Numbered from the stretch's first letter, positions 45,811 through 55,781 are shown. The stretch is 64,000 nucleotides of DNA from a virus (IMGVR_UViG_3300021958_000045:1-64000), one strand, 5' to 3'. Program-made: numbers and translations. Notes: a model not told the origin generated them from the sequence alone.

Positions 45811-46896
45811 CTAAGATTCATCTAAGAAATCCATGATTGATAACGTACCTTTTTTCTTTCCTTGTTTGTCTTTTGCCAAATTGAATATGTCCTTACCTTG
45901 TCTTTCAACTCCCATTTTTTGATAATCCTCTTTATCCGCACCGACCATTGAGAATGATTTTTCTGAATTATTTCCTTTTTCCATAAGCTTTCTTGCTTTT
46001 TCTCCTTTTTCTGCCCACTCAAGGAGTTTGTCAGGATCTCTATGAAAATGCTTTGGTGGGGAAGTATGTTTAATAATCGATCTTAAAACTCTCGCATAGC
46101 TTAATAAATTAAGTTGATAAAAACTAAGTTCATGAACAGCTTTACCAAAAAATTCCACTGGAGATTCTTCAATTAAAGAGAAATACGAAGTAAAAAATGG
46201 AGAAACAGATAAGTCCTTAATGGCTTCGATATCTAATTCTGCCATTGAAGTATTATAACATTTAATAATTAGAGCAATATCTTCGTGAGAAAGATAATCT
46301 TGATCCTCTGAAGCAAATAAAGGAGAAGAACATAAATCATCTTCATATAAAGAATAAATCATAGTATAACTATTCATTTGAACATTTGCGTAGGCTTCGC
46401 AAGTAGTACCAATATGTTTTTGTCTTTTCGCTTCTTTTTCTTTTAATTTTTTTTCAACTTGATCTATACTTTTTTGAACAGTTGCGACTTGACGATCTAA
46501 AGTAAGTTTTAATTTTGTTTGCTCTAAATTTTTAATATACTCTTTTTGGGATGCAACCCATTTTTCATCTTCTTCTGTCCACAATCCACTATCATACATT
46601 CTTTCTAAAGCTTCTTTTTTTGTGGGAATTCCCCCTGACTTAGCTTTATCAAAATACTCTTCATATTTTTCATCTAGATGAATTTGATCTTGCAAAGAAA
46701 AGTGCTTTGCATAACCTTTGATTATTTTTCTAGAAGAATTATACAATACACTACTCTTTGGAGGTTCAATTTCAACTATCGAAGAACCTTTAATTAAAGA
46801 ATTTAAAACTTTCCTGAGCCTAATTTCTTTAAGCTCTTGAATTTCATCTATGCGTTTATCTTCTTGCTCTTTATCTTTTAAAGCAGTTTTTGCCAT
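45811..46896 (-). CDS. Putative tail assembly chaperone-like protein (pre-TMP)
   Basis: Directly upstream of the TMP; helical/coiled-coil composition. Assignment by position. Confidence 0.5.
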   Translation of the reverse strand: MAKTALKDKEQEDKRIDEIQELKEIRLRKVLNSLIKGSSIVEIEPPKSSVLYNSSRKIIKGYAKHFSLQDQIHLDEKYEEYFDKAKSGGIPTKKEALERMYDSGLWTEEDEKWVASQKEYIKNLEQTKLKLTLDRQVATVQKSIDQVEKKLKEKEAKRQKHIGTTCEAYANVQMNSYTMIYSLYEDDLCSSPLFASEDQDYLSHEDIALIIKCYNTSMAELDIEAIKDLSVSPFFTSYFSLIEESPVEFFGKAVHELSFYQLNLLSYARVLRSIIKHTSPPKHFHRDPDKLLEWAEKGEKARKLMEKGNNSEKSFSMVGADKEDYQKMGVERQGKDIFNLAKDKQGKKKGTLSIMDFLDES

Positions 46897-46912
46897 GCAT
46901 TATGGCCCTAAA

Positions 46913-47779
46913 TTAAGAATCAATTTCTTCTAGCAAGCGATCAAAATCTTCTTGATTTGAAACTCCGCTCATATACCAAATGGTAGTAAGAGAACTAAGC
47001 TTATCAATTGATCGAAGGTAAACTTGATCGTTTTGTTCATCGAGCTCTAAATAAGACTGGTACTTATCATCATAAGTTTCTCCAGGAAATAAAGGAATCG
47101 TTTCTGCATCATCTTGATCTCCATAAGAAACATGAGTTAGGTTTAGCAAATACCATGTGATGGTTTTATTTCTAGCTTTAATGTCTGCAGTATGATCAAA
47201 CATACTAGCTTGAACTGCTTCAAAATCTGTAAGTTCTTTTCTGATAATACCAAGCTCCTCTACAGCAACTCTTAACCTTTCATTTTCGTCATTACTTCTT
47301 TCATCTTCAGTTTTAAGGCTAAATCTTTGCACTGCTTGTTGCTTTTCATAAAGCCTTACATATAATTGAGAATAGCGCTGTTTTTCTTCTTCGGTTAAAG
47401 ATCCGCCGACATCAAGATGTTGTTTTGCTAACATAGCTCTTGTAAGCAATCCCATTTTAATGTATTTGTTGAGCCAAATACTATAAAACATATCTCCATC
47501 CTCTAATTGGGTTCGAGTAGGCTTTCGCAAGACAACCCTAACTGGCTGCTCCTCAACTACGTCGCGCATTTCGGTAGCAATTTTTTTCTCCTTAACCTTG
47601 CGCTTTTCGGTAACGAGAACTTTTTCCATTTTCCCCGTTTTTTTATTCTTTCTTCTTTTTTCTACTTCAACTTCTTTTTCAACCTCGACTTCCTTCTCAA
47701 CTTCAACTTCTTTTTGAGAATTTACATCAAGAGAAATTGAGAACGAATATAATTCTTTGTTAATTGCAGTGACAGCCAT
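46913..47779 (-). CDS. Putative tail assembly chaperone
   Basis: Lies between the tube genes and the TMP; helical; N-terminal EVEVEK x3 repeat. Assignment by position. Confidence 0.45.
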   Translation of the reverse strand: MAVTAINKELYSFSISLDVNSQKEVEVEKEVEVEKEVEVEKRRKNKKTGKMEKVLVTEKRKVKEKKIATEMRDVVEEQPVRVVLRKPTRTQLEDGDMFYSIWLNKYIKMGLLTRAMLAKQHLDVGGSLTEEEKQRYSQLYVRLYEKQQAVQRFSLKTEDERSNDENERLRVAVEELGIIRKELTDFEAVQASMFDHTADIKARNKTITWYLLNLTHVSYGDQDDAETIPLFPGETYDDKYQSYLELDEQNDQVYLRSIDKLSSLTTIWYMSGVSNQEDFDRLLEEIDS

Positions 47780-47836
47780 GATAAATAGTTAAACTAGAAT
47801 ATTATATCTAGTTTATAAAAAAATTACAATTTTTTT

Positions 47837-48610
47837 TTAAGTGAAATCTGTCACCGTCATGGTTCCAGTCAAAACGCCTCCCTCACTTACGGTAACGCCT
47901 TGCGAAGTAATATATCCATTTACTTGACGTTTCCAGTTTCCTCCACAAAGACCCCCTAATTGTAATACTAGAGATTGCATTTCAGAACATCTAACTCCGC
48001 AGTCCCCAAGAGAACCGCTTAAATTGTCTCCCTCCATAGTTAATTCCTCTGTGCCGTCTGTACGATATTTAAAAATTGGACAAAAATCTCCGAGCCCATA
48101 AATACTATCAAAACCTTGAGACAAACTATAAGACGCTCGAAAAGAATCTAGCCCCACGCTTGTTCCATTTCCAGCTCCATGCAAAAGATCTCCTCCAACC
48201 GCTCCTTTATCAGACACCTCCTGCCCACCTCCTTTTGGCGTACTATTTGGATCTAATGTTGGCGGAGCAAAAAACTGAAAACTGGCAGAAGATGTTACAA
48301 TTTGGTTTGGCTCAACGTCTACAGATAAATCAGTGAGCAATCCATCCTGACCAGCACTACCACCAATTTGTATATTTTCTCCTTGAGACTCGGGATTTAA
48401 TAGTTCAAAATATTCAGGATCTAGGGCTGAACCAACAAATTCAAAGTTTGCATCTCCACCAGCTGGTCCAGATGGAACAATACCAATCGAGCCTCTATAA
48501 CCTATACTACGAATTCCTTCGTACCCTTTCTGAGCATTCATGCTTGCGCTTGAAGCAAAGAAATCGTGCTCGCCAATCTTAACTAAAACATCTGAATAAA
48601 ATATCGCCAT
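47837..48610 (-). CDS. Tail-tube-like paralog
   Basis: DSFRASYSLSQGFDSIYGLG resembles the tube segment IQSFTLDVPMSRTPLNRIG. Start reassigned to the ATG at 48610 (MAIFYSD), 9 nt after a GTGTA motif. Confidence 0.45.
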   Translation of the reverse strand: MAIFYSDVLVKIGEHDFFASSASMNAQKGYEGIRSIGYRGSIGIVPSGPAGGDANFEFVGSALDPEYFELLNPESQGENIQIGGSAGQDGLLTDLSVDVEPNQIVTSSASFQFFAPPTLDPNSTPKGGGQEVSDKGAVGGDLLHGAGNGTSVGLDSFRASYSLSQGFDSIYGLGDFCPIFKYRTDGTEELTMEGDNLSGSLGDCGVRCSEMQSLVLQLGGLCGGNWKRQVNGYITSQGVTVSEGGVLTGTMTVTDFT

Positions 48611-48619
48611 ACATATTAA

Positions 48620-48624
48620 TACAC
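48620..48624 (-). promoter_or_regulatory. GTGTA motif upstream of the 48610 gene
   Basis: 9 nt before the ATG. Confidence 0.5.
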
Positions 48625-48630
48625 TAAAAA

Positions 48631-49482
48631 TCAATAAGAAAGACCATTTAATATTTTTTCTAAATGATTTATATTTGTAATATAAGATTTATAAGAAAAC
48701 GTTGCTTCAAGAAATTCATGTATCGAACCGCTTTGACTATAGTCCATAAGTTTTGCATCTTTCATAAAAAAACTTCGAATAGCATCCCCACTTTCACAAT
48801 CTTGAAAAATTAAAGATAAATCTTGTATTTCTGGCGCGCAAATAAAATCAAATAAATTTTTAGACTCATAATCGTCTACATGAAGAACGAATTGACAATC
48901 CACCTGTATTGGAAATTCAGTTCTAAAATCTATAGGCTCTAATGATCCTAATTTAAAAATAGGTTCTCTATCAACGTTAATTTGAAAATTAAAAGATTGA
49001 ATTCTATTTGTTGAGTGACCAGCAACATTCAACAATATACTTCTTGGAGAAGCAATCATAATAGATGAATCTCTTTCTGGGGTTTGGCTTAAAAATATAT
49101 CTGTATCTCCTCCAGAATTACCATAACATAATAAAGAAAAATTTAAACTAGGAATACCTCCTATAGCACATTCGCAGCTATAATTTGTAATTTGTGCTCG
49201 AGAAAAAATAAAATTTTTTCCATTTGTATATAGATTTTCTCCATAGATATCTGTACTTTTAAATAATTCAACCAATGGATCTGTCGAAGAAACCATGAAT
49301 CTCTCTATATCACAAGTAGCAGTCATTGGTTGTTCTACCACGCCTCCCAAAAAACCTCCATCTCTGCCTACTGCATTTACATAAGTTTCTTCTGCGGACC
49401 ATGCCACTTGGCAGCTTTGAACCCCTCTTATTCTTTCTTTATTTATATATAAATCTTGAGTATCATGCTTATGCCCTCTCAT
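48631..49482 (-). CDS. Tail-tube-like paralog
   Basis: IQSFNFQINVDREPIFKLGS aligns with the tube segment IQSFTLDVPMSRTPLNRIGS. The track's GTG start at 49497 is part of the upstream GTGTA motif, so the ATG at 49482 is preferred. Confidence 0.55.
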   Translation of the reverse strand: MRGHKHDTQDLYINKERIRGVQSCQVAWSAEETYVNAVGRDGGFLGGVVEQPMTATCDIERFMVSSTDPLVELFKSTDIYGENLYTNGKNFIFSRAQITNYSCECAIGGIPSLNFSLLCYGNSGGDTDIFLSQTPERDSSIMIASPRSILLNVAGHSTNRIQSFNFQINVDREPIFKLGSLEPIDFRTEFPIQVDCQFVLHVDDYESKNLFDFICAPEIQDLSLIFQDCESGDAIRSFFMKDAKLMDYSQSGSIHEFLEATFSYKSYITNINHLEKILNGLSY

Positions 49483-49492
49483 AAACAATATA

Positions 49493-49497
49493 TACAC
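49493..49497 (-). promoter_or_regulatory. GTGTA motif upstream of the 49482 gene
   Basis: 10 nt before the ATG, immediately after the tube terminator. Confidence 0.55.
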
Positions 49498-49524
49498 AAA
49501 AAAACCCCTGCCTTTCGGCAGGGG
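49498..49524 (-). terminator. Rho-independent terminator after the tail tube gene
   Basis: Minus strand reads CCCCTGCC-GAAA-GGCAGGGG-TTTTTTT (perfect 8-bp stem plus U-tract). Confidence 0.92.
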
Positions 49525-49567
49525 CTTATGTTTGTTAGATTTTCTTAACTTAAATCAATTACACGAA

Positions 49568-50884
49568 TTAACCAAGGGATGAACCTGGAGCGTAAGTTGC
49601 AGGAGCGTCAGCGTCTTGACCGTATACAATTGGATCACTTCCGATTGCATAGTCAGCAGTGTCAGTCTTCCACATGTAGAGACCGTTACCAGTACCGTTA
49701 GCACCACCTTGTTGTGTGCTGAATACCAAATCAACAGTCTTGTTATCTCCAATTGAAGAAGAGAAGTTTTGACTGTCTAAGGACAATCCTTTGACCAAGT
49801 ATTCTTGAACGATTTCTGCATTGTCTCCAGAATCATCATCAGCAGAACATGGTTGGCGAAGAGTGATACGAACATTACGTTGCTCAGCGTCGTTACAAAG
49901 AAGATTTGCAAGAGCGCCATCAGCCAAGTCAGACATCAATGCGCTAACACTAAGAGTGATAGTCATTGGGGTGTCAAGCTCACGACCATATGGAAATACG
50001 CTTCCGATACGATTAAGAGGAGTACGTGACATTGGAACGTCCAAAGTAAAGCTTTGGATGTGACAAGCACTATTTGTTTCCATGAATGCACCACCCATGG
50101 ATACAGATTGACCGCTTATGTCAGAAGAATCTTTAGCACCTGCAAGACCAGCGTCATTGAAGTTGATGATGATATCGCCAGGACGTACACAAGCTACATC
50201 ATAATCACCAGCTTTTTGTCCAGCAAGTGAACCAGCAGGGAAATTTGGAAGATTACCAGCGCCTGTAACCAAGCTACCTGCACCATCAGTTTGAGGATAT
50301 AATGTTGCACCAGTTCCAGAATTAAGGGCTGGGTTAGCAATGTTTGTACCAGAAGATTGGAATACAATATTGCTAGCTTCAACGCTTACGGAACAAGTAG
50401 CGATATCTCCAACTGCAGCTTCAATGCTGTAGCTGGTAAGAGAACCGTTTCCGATTCCGATAACACCTTCTTGAGCACCATCTGCAAGCTCATTGTTGTC
50501 GTCACCATAAGAAGCTACACTGATATAATAATTTTTATCATCAGAAGCAGCAGTCATGAAGCCAGACAGAGCTTGCTTAAGTTGCTCGTGCCCAGTTGCG
50601 TCGTCAGTTGAACGATCTGTAGTAAATTGAAATCCAAGATTTTTTTCGTTATGTCCACCGTGAGCATAGTAGCTGAAGTCAAGATTGACTGTGGGTGGCT
50701 CAATCACTTTTCTCTCGATTGCAGTCAATTGACCGAATTCATTGATATCGGTACGGTTAATTTCTACACCGTGAGATATGTCTTGTACACGAAGAAGCTG
50801 ATTGGCGGAGGAAAGATTATGATGTTGATCTTTTTCCGTTGCGAATAAAGCTTCTGATTGATAGATTACTCTGTTTCTAGCCAT
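49568..50884 (-). CDS. Major tail (tube) protein
   Basis: 438 aa; follows the head-tail joining genes; has its own strong terminator. Codon usage looks like the MCP's (C-ending codons, GGT/CGT), suggesting high expression. Confidence 0.7.
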   Translation of the reverse strand: MARNRVIYQSEALFATEKDQHHNLSSANQLLRVQDISHGVEINRTDINEFGQLTAIERKVIEPPTVNLDFSYYAHGGHNEKNLGFQFTTDRSTDDATGHEQLKQALSGFMTAASDDKNYYISVASYGDDNNELADGAQEGVIGIGNGSLTSYSIEAAVGDIATCSVSVEASNIVFQSSGTNIANPALNSGTGATLYPQTDGAGSLVTGAGNLPNFPAGSLAGQKAGDYDVACVRPGDIIINFNDAGLAGAKDSSDISGQSVSMGGAFMETNSACHIQSFTLDVPMSRTPLNRIGSVFPYGRELDTPMTITLSVSALMSDLADGALANLLCNDAEQRNVRITLRQPCSADDDSGDNAEIVQEYLVKGLSLDSQNFSSSIGDNKTVDLVFSTQQGGANGTGNGLYMWKTDTADYAIGSDPIVYGQDADAPATYAPGSSLG

Positions 50885-50969
50885 AATTTTTAATTTTTGA
50901 TTGTAAGATTAAGGGTTACTGTATATTACATAGTTAAAACCTAAATGAGAACTTTTTTTTAAAAAAAAA

Positions 50970-51881
50970 TTAATAAGTATCGCTTCTGGGTCTCCGAATA
51001 CTAGAAATTTCAAAATCCATAAACCCAATCCTCAATCCTTGAGGTATTTGCGTACCTGATCTGTCAAATAACTTTGAAACTAAAACTCTTTCAATAAAAG
51101 CAGGAAAACGATTTTTGATCTTATTTTTTACAAAATCTGGATAGCTATAAGGAAACTCTTTAACTCTAAAAAATTCCCCAAACGGAAAGTCTTCAAATTC
51201 TACAAGTTCAAATTTAGTTTTTTGAGCGTCTCTAAAGAGTGACAATACAGCATCCAAGCTATAATTACTATCTGTAATTACTACTACCCTAATGACAGTT
51301 CGAGTATCATCTACTCCACCCATAGCCCATGGTTCATTTGATGAAGAGTTTAAACTTATAAAAGCTGCAGGCAAAGAATATTTTTTATCTCCTAATTCTG
51401 CCTGTTGTTGCAAATATGTAGGCTCTCCTGCAATATCACTCAATATAAAATCATTTTGAAGCAACAACTGCTCTTCGGTTTCATTTGTTATATAAACATT
51501 AATTTCTTTTCTTTTGAAATGTCCACTAATAGTTTTTGTTGATAAATCTTGCCCTCCTTGAGAAACTGCTGGAGCCAGAATTCTGCCTTCATTATGATCA
51601 ATAATTAAATTATAAGGGCTAGTAGCTTGTTCTTGAAAAACAGAATCAACATAAACTCCGCTTGGTTCAGATATGCCATTTGCAACGAATTGTCGGTCAG
51701 CACAATAATAAGCGTCATAATTTACTGGTAGATCCAAACCTCCACCATCTTCGCCTCTAACAACCACATCAAAAGATTGCCCATCTGCAGGCTGAGTATA
51801 AGCTTGAGCTGTTCTAGTTAGTCTATCGTCAAACCACAGATAAAAACTTGATTGTAAAAGATGATCAAATTGCTCTTTCAT
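50970..51881 (-). CDS. Putative tail terminator/neck protein
   Basis: Directly before the tube gene; LPAAFI strand is reminiscent of tail-terminator proteins. Confidence 0.45.
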   Translation of the reverse strand: MKEQFDHLLQSSFYLWFDDRLTRTAQAYTQPADGQSFDVVVRGEDGGGLDLPVNYDAYYCADRQFVANGISEPSGVYVDSVFQEQATSPYNLIIDHNEGRILAPAVSQGGQDLSTKTISGHFKRKEINVYITNETEEQLLLQNDFILSDIAGEPTYLQQQAELGDKKYSLPAAFISLNSSSNEPWAMGGVDDTRTVIRVVVITDSNYSLDAVLSLFRDAQKTKFELVEFEDFPFGEFFRVKEFPYSYPDFVKNKIKNRFPAFIERVLVSKLFDRSGTQIPQGLRIGFMDFEISSIRRPRSDTY

Positions 51882-52462
51882 TTGGAAATTGTTTTAGTTA
51901 AGTCTGCGATAAATGTGGATAATATTTTAGTCATGTAAGACTTTGCGCCGAACTGACCACTACGAATTACACTTTTTACTTGAATAGCCTTGCCAGATCT
52001 ACTAGCAGAAGAATCCGTGACTAAATATTGCCCCAATCCAGGAATGCCCATTTCAATTTCTCTAGCCCAACTTCTACCAGGAGCCCAAGGCATAGGAGTC
52101 AATTCTTCAATTTCTTCTTTGGTAGGAATATCAATTTGAAAAGTTGCTTCAATATCGTTTTTTAAAGAACTAATAAATTGAACTTTAATTCCTCTAGTTA
52201 ATAATGCCCTTAAAGCATTTGTTGGTCGATCTCCAGACTCAAAACCGATAAAAGAAAATAAGTCTCCGCCCCCAGGTAAAGATGAACCTGAAGGTCCTCG
52301 ATCAAGATCTCTTGTGACATCATGCGATTCAAAAGCAAGTACCATTTTTGTTTGAGCTTGTTTAATATCTTGTCTAATTTTTCGCTCCATTTGTTTTCTA
52401 AAGCCCATCGAATACTGCTTAGAAATTTCTTTTTGCAAGCCCTTCATGTTAATCCAAGCCAT
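51878..52462 (-). CDS. Putative neck/tail-completion protein
   Basis: Position in the head-tail joining block. Confidence 0.4.
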   Translation of the reverse strand: MAWINMKGLQKEISKQYSMGFRKQMERKIRQDIKQAQTKMVLAFESHDVTRDLDRGPSGSSLPGGGDLFSFIGFESGDRPTNALRALLTRGIKVQFISSLKNDIEATFQIDIPTKEEIEELTPMPWAPGRSWAREIEMGIPGLGQYLVTDSSASRSGKAIQVKSVIRSGQFGAKSYMTKILSTFIADLTKTISK

Positions 52463-52464
52463 GA

Positions 52465-52917
52465 TTAATCCTTTCTTTTGAAATATAAAACGTGATATTT
52501 TGTTACAAAAGGTCCTGTAAAACCAGAGTCACTAACTAGTTCATATAGCTTGCCATCAATTTCTACTTTTGAAGCTCTTTTAATTTGAGCGTAACCTGTT
52601 TCATCAATTTTTAATCTCACTGATCCATCAGGTAAAGTTAAGTTTGTTTGAGCGCTAGTTCCAGATAACCTAGAATCTTCAGTAGTGTTAACATATTCGA
52701 TTCTTGCTTTTGCAGTAATTTCAGTGACTTTGCCTAATGTTTTTTGTTCGTTTTTTAATCTATTATATAAAGCATTATATGTACTGGTAGAAGTTGAAAC
52801 AAACGTTTCTGTTTTTCTTTGAAAAATTTTTATTTCTTGGGCAAAAGTTTCATGAACGTCGTCTAGAGCTGCCTCAATTTGACTACGCATGTTTGCATCT
52901 ATTAAATTTTTCGCCAT
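52465..52917 (-). CDS. Putative head-closure (stopper) protein
   Basis: 150 aa; ends with VEIDGKLYELV...YHVLYFKR, typical of SPP1 gp16/lambda FII-like beta-barrels. Confidence 0.5.
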   Translation of the reverse strand: MAKNLIDANMRSQIEAALDDVHETFAQEIKIFQRKTETFVSTSTSTYNALYNRLKNEQKTLGKVTEITAKARIEYVNTTEDSRLSGTSAQTNLTLPDGSVRLKIDETGYAQIKRASKVEIDGKLYELVSDSGFTGPFVTKYHVLYFKRKD

Positions 52918-53495
52918 TAGGTTTGCCTTGGTTTTGCACCATGCATGTTATAGGCAATAATTAATTGCTCCATATGACTTTTTGCATCATTCATAAGCTC
53001 TCTATATTCTTTTGCCATTGCATCTATATCTACAGTAGAAGAAGCTGAAGTAACTGTGGCTCCAGACGAAGTTGTATACAAAGGTTGCCTTTCTATTGTT
53101 GTATCCCCTTCAGATATTTTCGTCCAATCACTCATTCCCAAATATACTTGAGAAGTTGAGCTTTGATTGCTTCCAGTTGTCCCCGTGGGAATTGTGATTG
53201 TTTGGCCTAATAGAGTTTTTCTTGAAGATTTTTGATAGTAGTTGGCCATATGCATTTGCGTAAAAATAGCAGCTTCTTCATAGCCAAACGTATAAGCTAA
53301 AGTTTCTGGAGCAGCAAAATAACCGCTAACTTCAGCAAATTCAGTATAAATTCTATTATTTAACTTACCTATATTTGCGCACAACCAACCAGAAATTCTA
53401 GTTGTGCTTGATAGGGTTGAATCCCCATCAAATTCATTATCAAATATTTCTTGGGCTAACTCCCCAACTTTATAGGTTCCATCTATGTTGTACAT
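52917..53495 (-). CDS. Putative head-tail adaptor
   Basis: Position; WTKISEGDTTIER resembles the 'xxEGDxxIxY' strand of adaptor proteins. Confidence 0.45.
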   Translation of the reverse strand: MYNIDGTYKVGELAQEIFDNEFDGDSTLSSTTRISGWLCANIGKLNNRIYTEFAEVSGYFAAPETLAYTFGYEEAAIFTQMHMANYYQKSSRKTLLGQTITIPTGTTGSNQSSTSQVYLGMSDWTKISEGDTTIERQPLYTTSSGATVTSASSTVDIDAMAKEYRELMNDAKSHMEQLIIAYNMHGAKPRQT

Positions 53496-53507
53496 TATTT
53501 TTAAGCA

Positions 53508-53897
53508 TTACTTTTTTGACCAAATTTCATCAATCTCTTTTTGCAGCGCAGAATTAGGAGCTCGCGTAGAATTATTTATTGGGATTTGTTTAATGCTTTC
53601 TGCTCCTCCTCGCATATACTCACTAAACCCCTTTTCTATTTTTTTCTTTAAAACCGTCCTGTTTCCATTTGGAAAAATTCCTGCAGCTACAGCCATTTCC
53701 CTCATATCTGAAAGATTCATAGATGATAAAGTTTCTTCTAGTTCTCTAGCGGAATTCACTTTATATGGGTTATTTTTCTTTATACCCATAATTTCATTAA
53801 TATCTTTTTGAAGTTGAACCTTTGCTTGTAACTCGTCTGTTACAGATTCGTCTTTTCCGTGAATTGTGTCAGTGATTTTTTTCTTTGATTTAGCCAT
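53508..53897 (-). CDS. Small basic protein with a HeH/Rho-N-like helical motif
   Basis: LSSMNLSDMREMAVAAGIFPNGNRTVLKKKI; directly after the MCP. Confidence 0.45.
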   Translation of the reverse strand: MAKSKKKITDTIHGKDESVTDELQAKVQLQKDINEIMGIKKNNPYKVNSARELEETLSSMNLSDMREMAVAAGIFPNGNRTVLKKKIEKGFSEYMRGGAESIKQIPINNSTRAPNSALQKEIDEIWSKK

Positions 53898-53927
53898 AGT
53901 TACCCTTTCTTATATTATACAATATCA

Positions 53928-53932
53928 TACAC
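53928..53932 (-). promoter_or_regulatory. GTGTA motif upstream of the 53897 gene
   Basis: Shortly after the MCP terminator; 30 nt before the ATG. Confidence 0.5.
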
Positions 53933-53950
53933 AAAAGTCTATTTCTTGTG

Positions 53951-53990
53951 AAAAACAAAAGGGCCTGCGCACGAGGCACAGACCCTTTTG
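53951..53990 (-). terminator. Rho-independent terminator after the major capsid gene
   Basis: Minus strand CAAAAGGGTCTGTGC-CTCGT-GCGCAGGCCCTTTTG then TTTTT (stem includes two G-U pairs). Confidence 0.85.
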
Positions 53991-54011
53991 AGGAGTGGGG
54001 GGAACAAAGAA

Positions 54012-55145
54012 TTAGATCTTGATACCGTAGAGTGCCCGATTGTCAAGAATAACTCGACCTTCTTCCAGGCTTCCATAATATCCGATCTTGCCTTGGCGTA
54101 CGCTGTATTGATCGTCCACAGCCAACGAGAATTCAGAACCAGTGTCTGAATCAGTTGCAACAGCTCTCCAAAGAGAACTAACTGAAGAATCAAGACCAAT
54201 AACAATTTCTTCGGTTGAATCATTAAAGCTACTAACAGCACTTTTGCTGCCAGCGGCGGCAACCATTTTTCCGAATACTTCATTGAAGCGTTCGCCCTTA
54301 CCAAGTTCAGAGAACTCTTGAAGACGAATTCCAAAGAATTCAGGAATACCAGCGTTACGCCAGAGACCTTCACGCATAGAGTCAGTAGCAGCGATTGTAG
54401 AATCAGCTACGCCATCTCCATTACCCTTTTCAACTTTAACACCAGCAGAGGTATTAACAGGATTGTAAGCGAGCGAGCGAAGGTTTTCGACAACCTCAGG
54501 GGATACCAACAAGTCAGTGACTCCACGACGAGCGCTGCTGTCGGGAGTTCCGCCATACCAGGACTTATGAATTCTCTTGGAGAGAGTAATAAGCTTATTG
54601 AAATCTTCCAACATGAGCTTGCCATGAGGAGATGCGTGGATGTGAGAGATATTATTGGTTTTAGCTTCCGAAAGAGCGCCGAGAAGAAGATTAGCAGAAG
54701 TAGTTTCTTGCTTGATCATGATTTCTTGAGCGATACGGGTCATGCTTTTTCCGATAACGTCCATGCGGGACTTTGCAGCATAGCGTTTTTCGAAGCTGAT
54801 AGCACTATCAAGACGATAAGTGGTGAACTTCATTTCGCTATGAGTGGGTTGTACCTGATTGGTTGGTAAACCACCAGCAAGAGATTGACTCCAGGTGTAA
54901 ATGTAATCTTCGTCAGTTACATCGTAGTAGAGGTCAAGAGGAAAGCTGGGGTTATCTTCAGAATTAAAGGTAAAACTTTGAAATTTGTTGGCAAGCGTAG
55001 GAGCTTGATTAACAACTTCTGCGAGTACGGGAGCGATGAACTTTGCCAAAGCGGCTTGTGCTTCATATGCAATATCACGATTGCTGGAAGCCATTGCTTT
55101 TACAAGTTCTACTTGCTCGTCAGTGCGTTTGAGTGTAATTTCCAT
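54012..55145 (-). CDS. Major capsid protein (HK97-fold presumed)
   Basis: 377 aa; follows protease-scaffold and decoration genes; AGGAGA Shine-Dalgarno at 55155-55160; followed by a terminator; LLVSPEV motif is typical of capsid A-domains. Confidence 0.8.
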   Translation of the reverse strand: MEITLKRTDEQVELVKAMASSNRDIAYEAQAALAKFIAPVLAEVVNQAPTLANKFQSFTFNSEDNPSFPLDLYYDVTDEDYIYTWSQSLAGGLPTNQVQPTHSEMKFTTYRLDSAISFEKRYAAKSRMDVIGKSMTRIAQEIMIKQETTSANLLLGALSEAKTNNISHIHASPHGKLMLEDFNKLITLSKRIHKSWYGGTPDSSARRGVTDLLVSPEVVENLRSLAYNPVNTSAGVKVEKGNGDGVADSTIAATDSMREGLWRNAGIPEFFGIRLQEFSELGKGERFNEVFGKMVAAAGSKSAVSSFNDSTEEIVIGLDSSVSSLWRAVATDSDTGSEFSLAVDDQYSVRQGKIGYYGSLEEGRVILDNRALYGIKI

Positions 55146-55166
55146 AATTATTTTTCTCCTATATTA

Positions 55167-55781
55167 TTAAAGGTCTAATTTAACTACTGCGTATGTACCC
55201 TCAAATTGGTCAGCATTTCCGTTCTGAGAGGTGCGAGTACCTACTCCAAGAATTGTGCCAATAGCGCCTGAAGAGCTTGTACCAGGAACAAGTTTACCTG
55301 CATCACCTCCTGAACCTGCGGTGACATAAGTGTCGGACACTTGAGGGGCGGTACTAAATGCAGTCTCGGCCAAAGTAAAGATTCCTTTGGTAGCAACAGG
55401 AACAGCTTCTCCAGAAGTTACTGCATACAACTCAGCCTTCTTTTGAGGATAACGCAGAAGATTTTCATCGTTTTCGTCATGAGTAAGAGTCTGAGCAAGA
55501 GTAATTCCCAAAGGAACTCCGCCGTCACATTTTGTGATCTTAAGGGGAACGGATGGGTAGTAGTTACGAGCAACGTAAGGATAATTTCTCTCACCGAGCA
55601 ATCCGCCGTCAGCGGCGTTAAGCTCGACAGGATCTTTATCCATGTCTTTCGCACTCACGGAAACGAGCAATCCAGCGTCTGCATTTGTATCCGATGGTTT
55701 GGTGTTAACCGCATCCATCGAAAACAAATTAACAACGTCGTTCTCGTCGTACTGTCGGAATGGTAATATTCGAATAGCCAT
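55167..55781 (-). CDS. Putative capsid decoration/cement protein
   Basis: 204 aa between scaffold and MCP; GEAVPVATKGIF and GKLVP..GAIGTILG resemble decoration-protein strands. Confidence 0.6.
   Translation of the reverse strand: MAIRILPFRQYDENDVVNLFSMDAVNTKPSDTNADAGLLVSVSAKDMDKDPVELNAADGGLLGERNYPYVARNYYPSVPLKITKCDGGVPLGITLAQTLTHDENDENLLRYPQKKAELYAVTSGEAVPVATKGIFTLAETAFSTAPQVSDTYVTAGSGGDAGKLVPGTSSSGAIGTILGVGTRTSQNGNADQFEGTYAVVKLDL

Noticed and set aside
47660-47712. EVEVEK x3 (18-nt) repeat in the pre-TMP gene
   Set aside because: A short low-complexity charged tract, with no evidence of a function beyond a flexible insertion.
50240-50260. LPNF in the tail tube protein (GNLPNFPAG) as another copy of the TMP linker
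   Set aside because: It is a single 4-residue match followed by Pro, outside any cassette context, and could easily be chance.
53939-54869. Alternative-frame ORFs overlapping the major capsid gene
   Set aside because: They overlap a well-supported MCP that has its own SD and terminator; the 53939..54373 ORF runs through the terminator hairpin.
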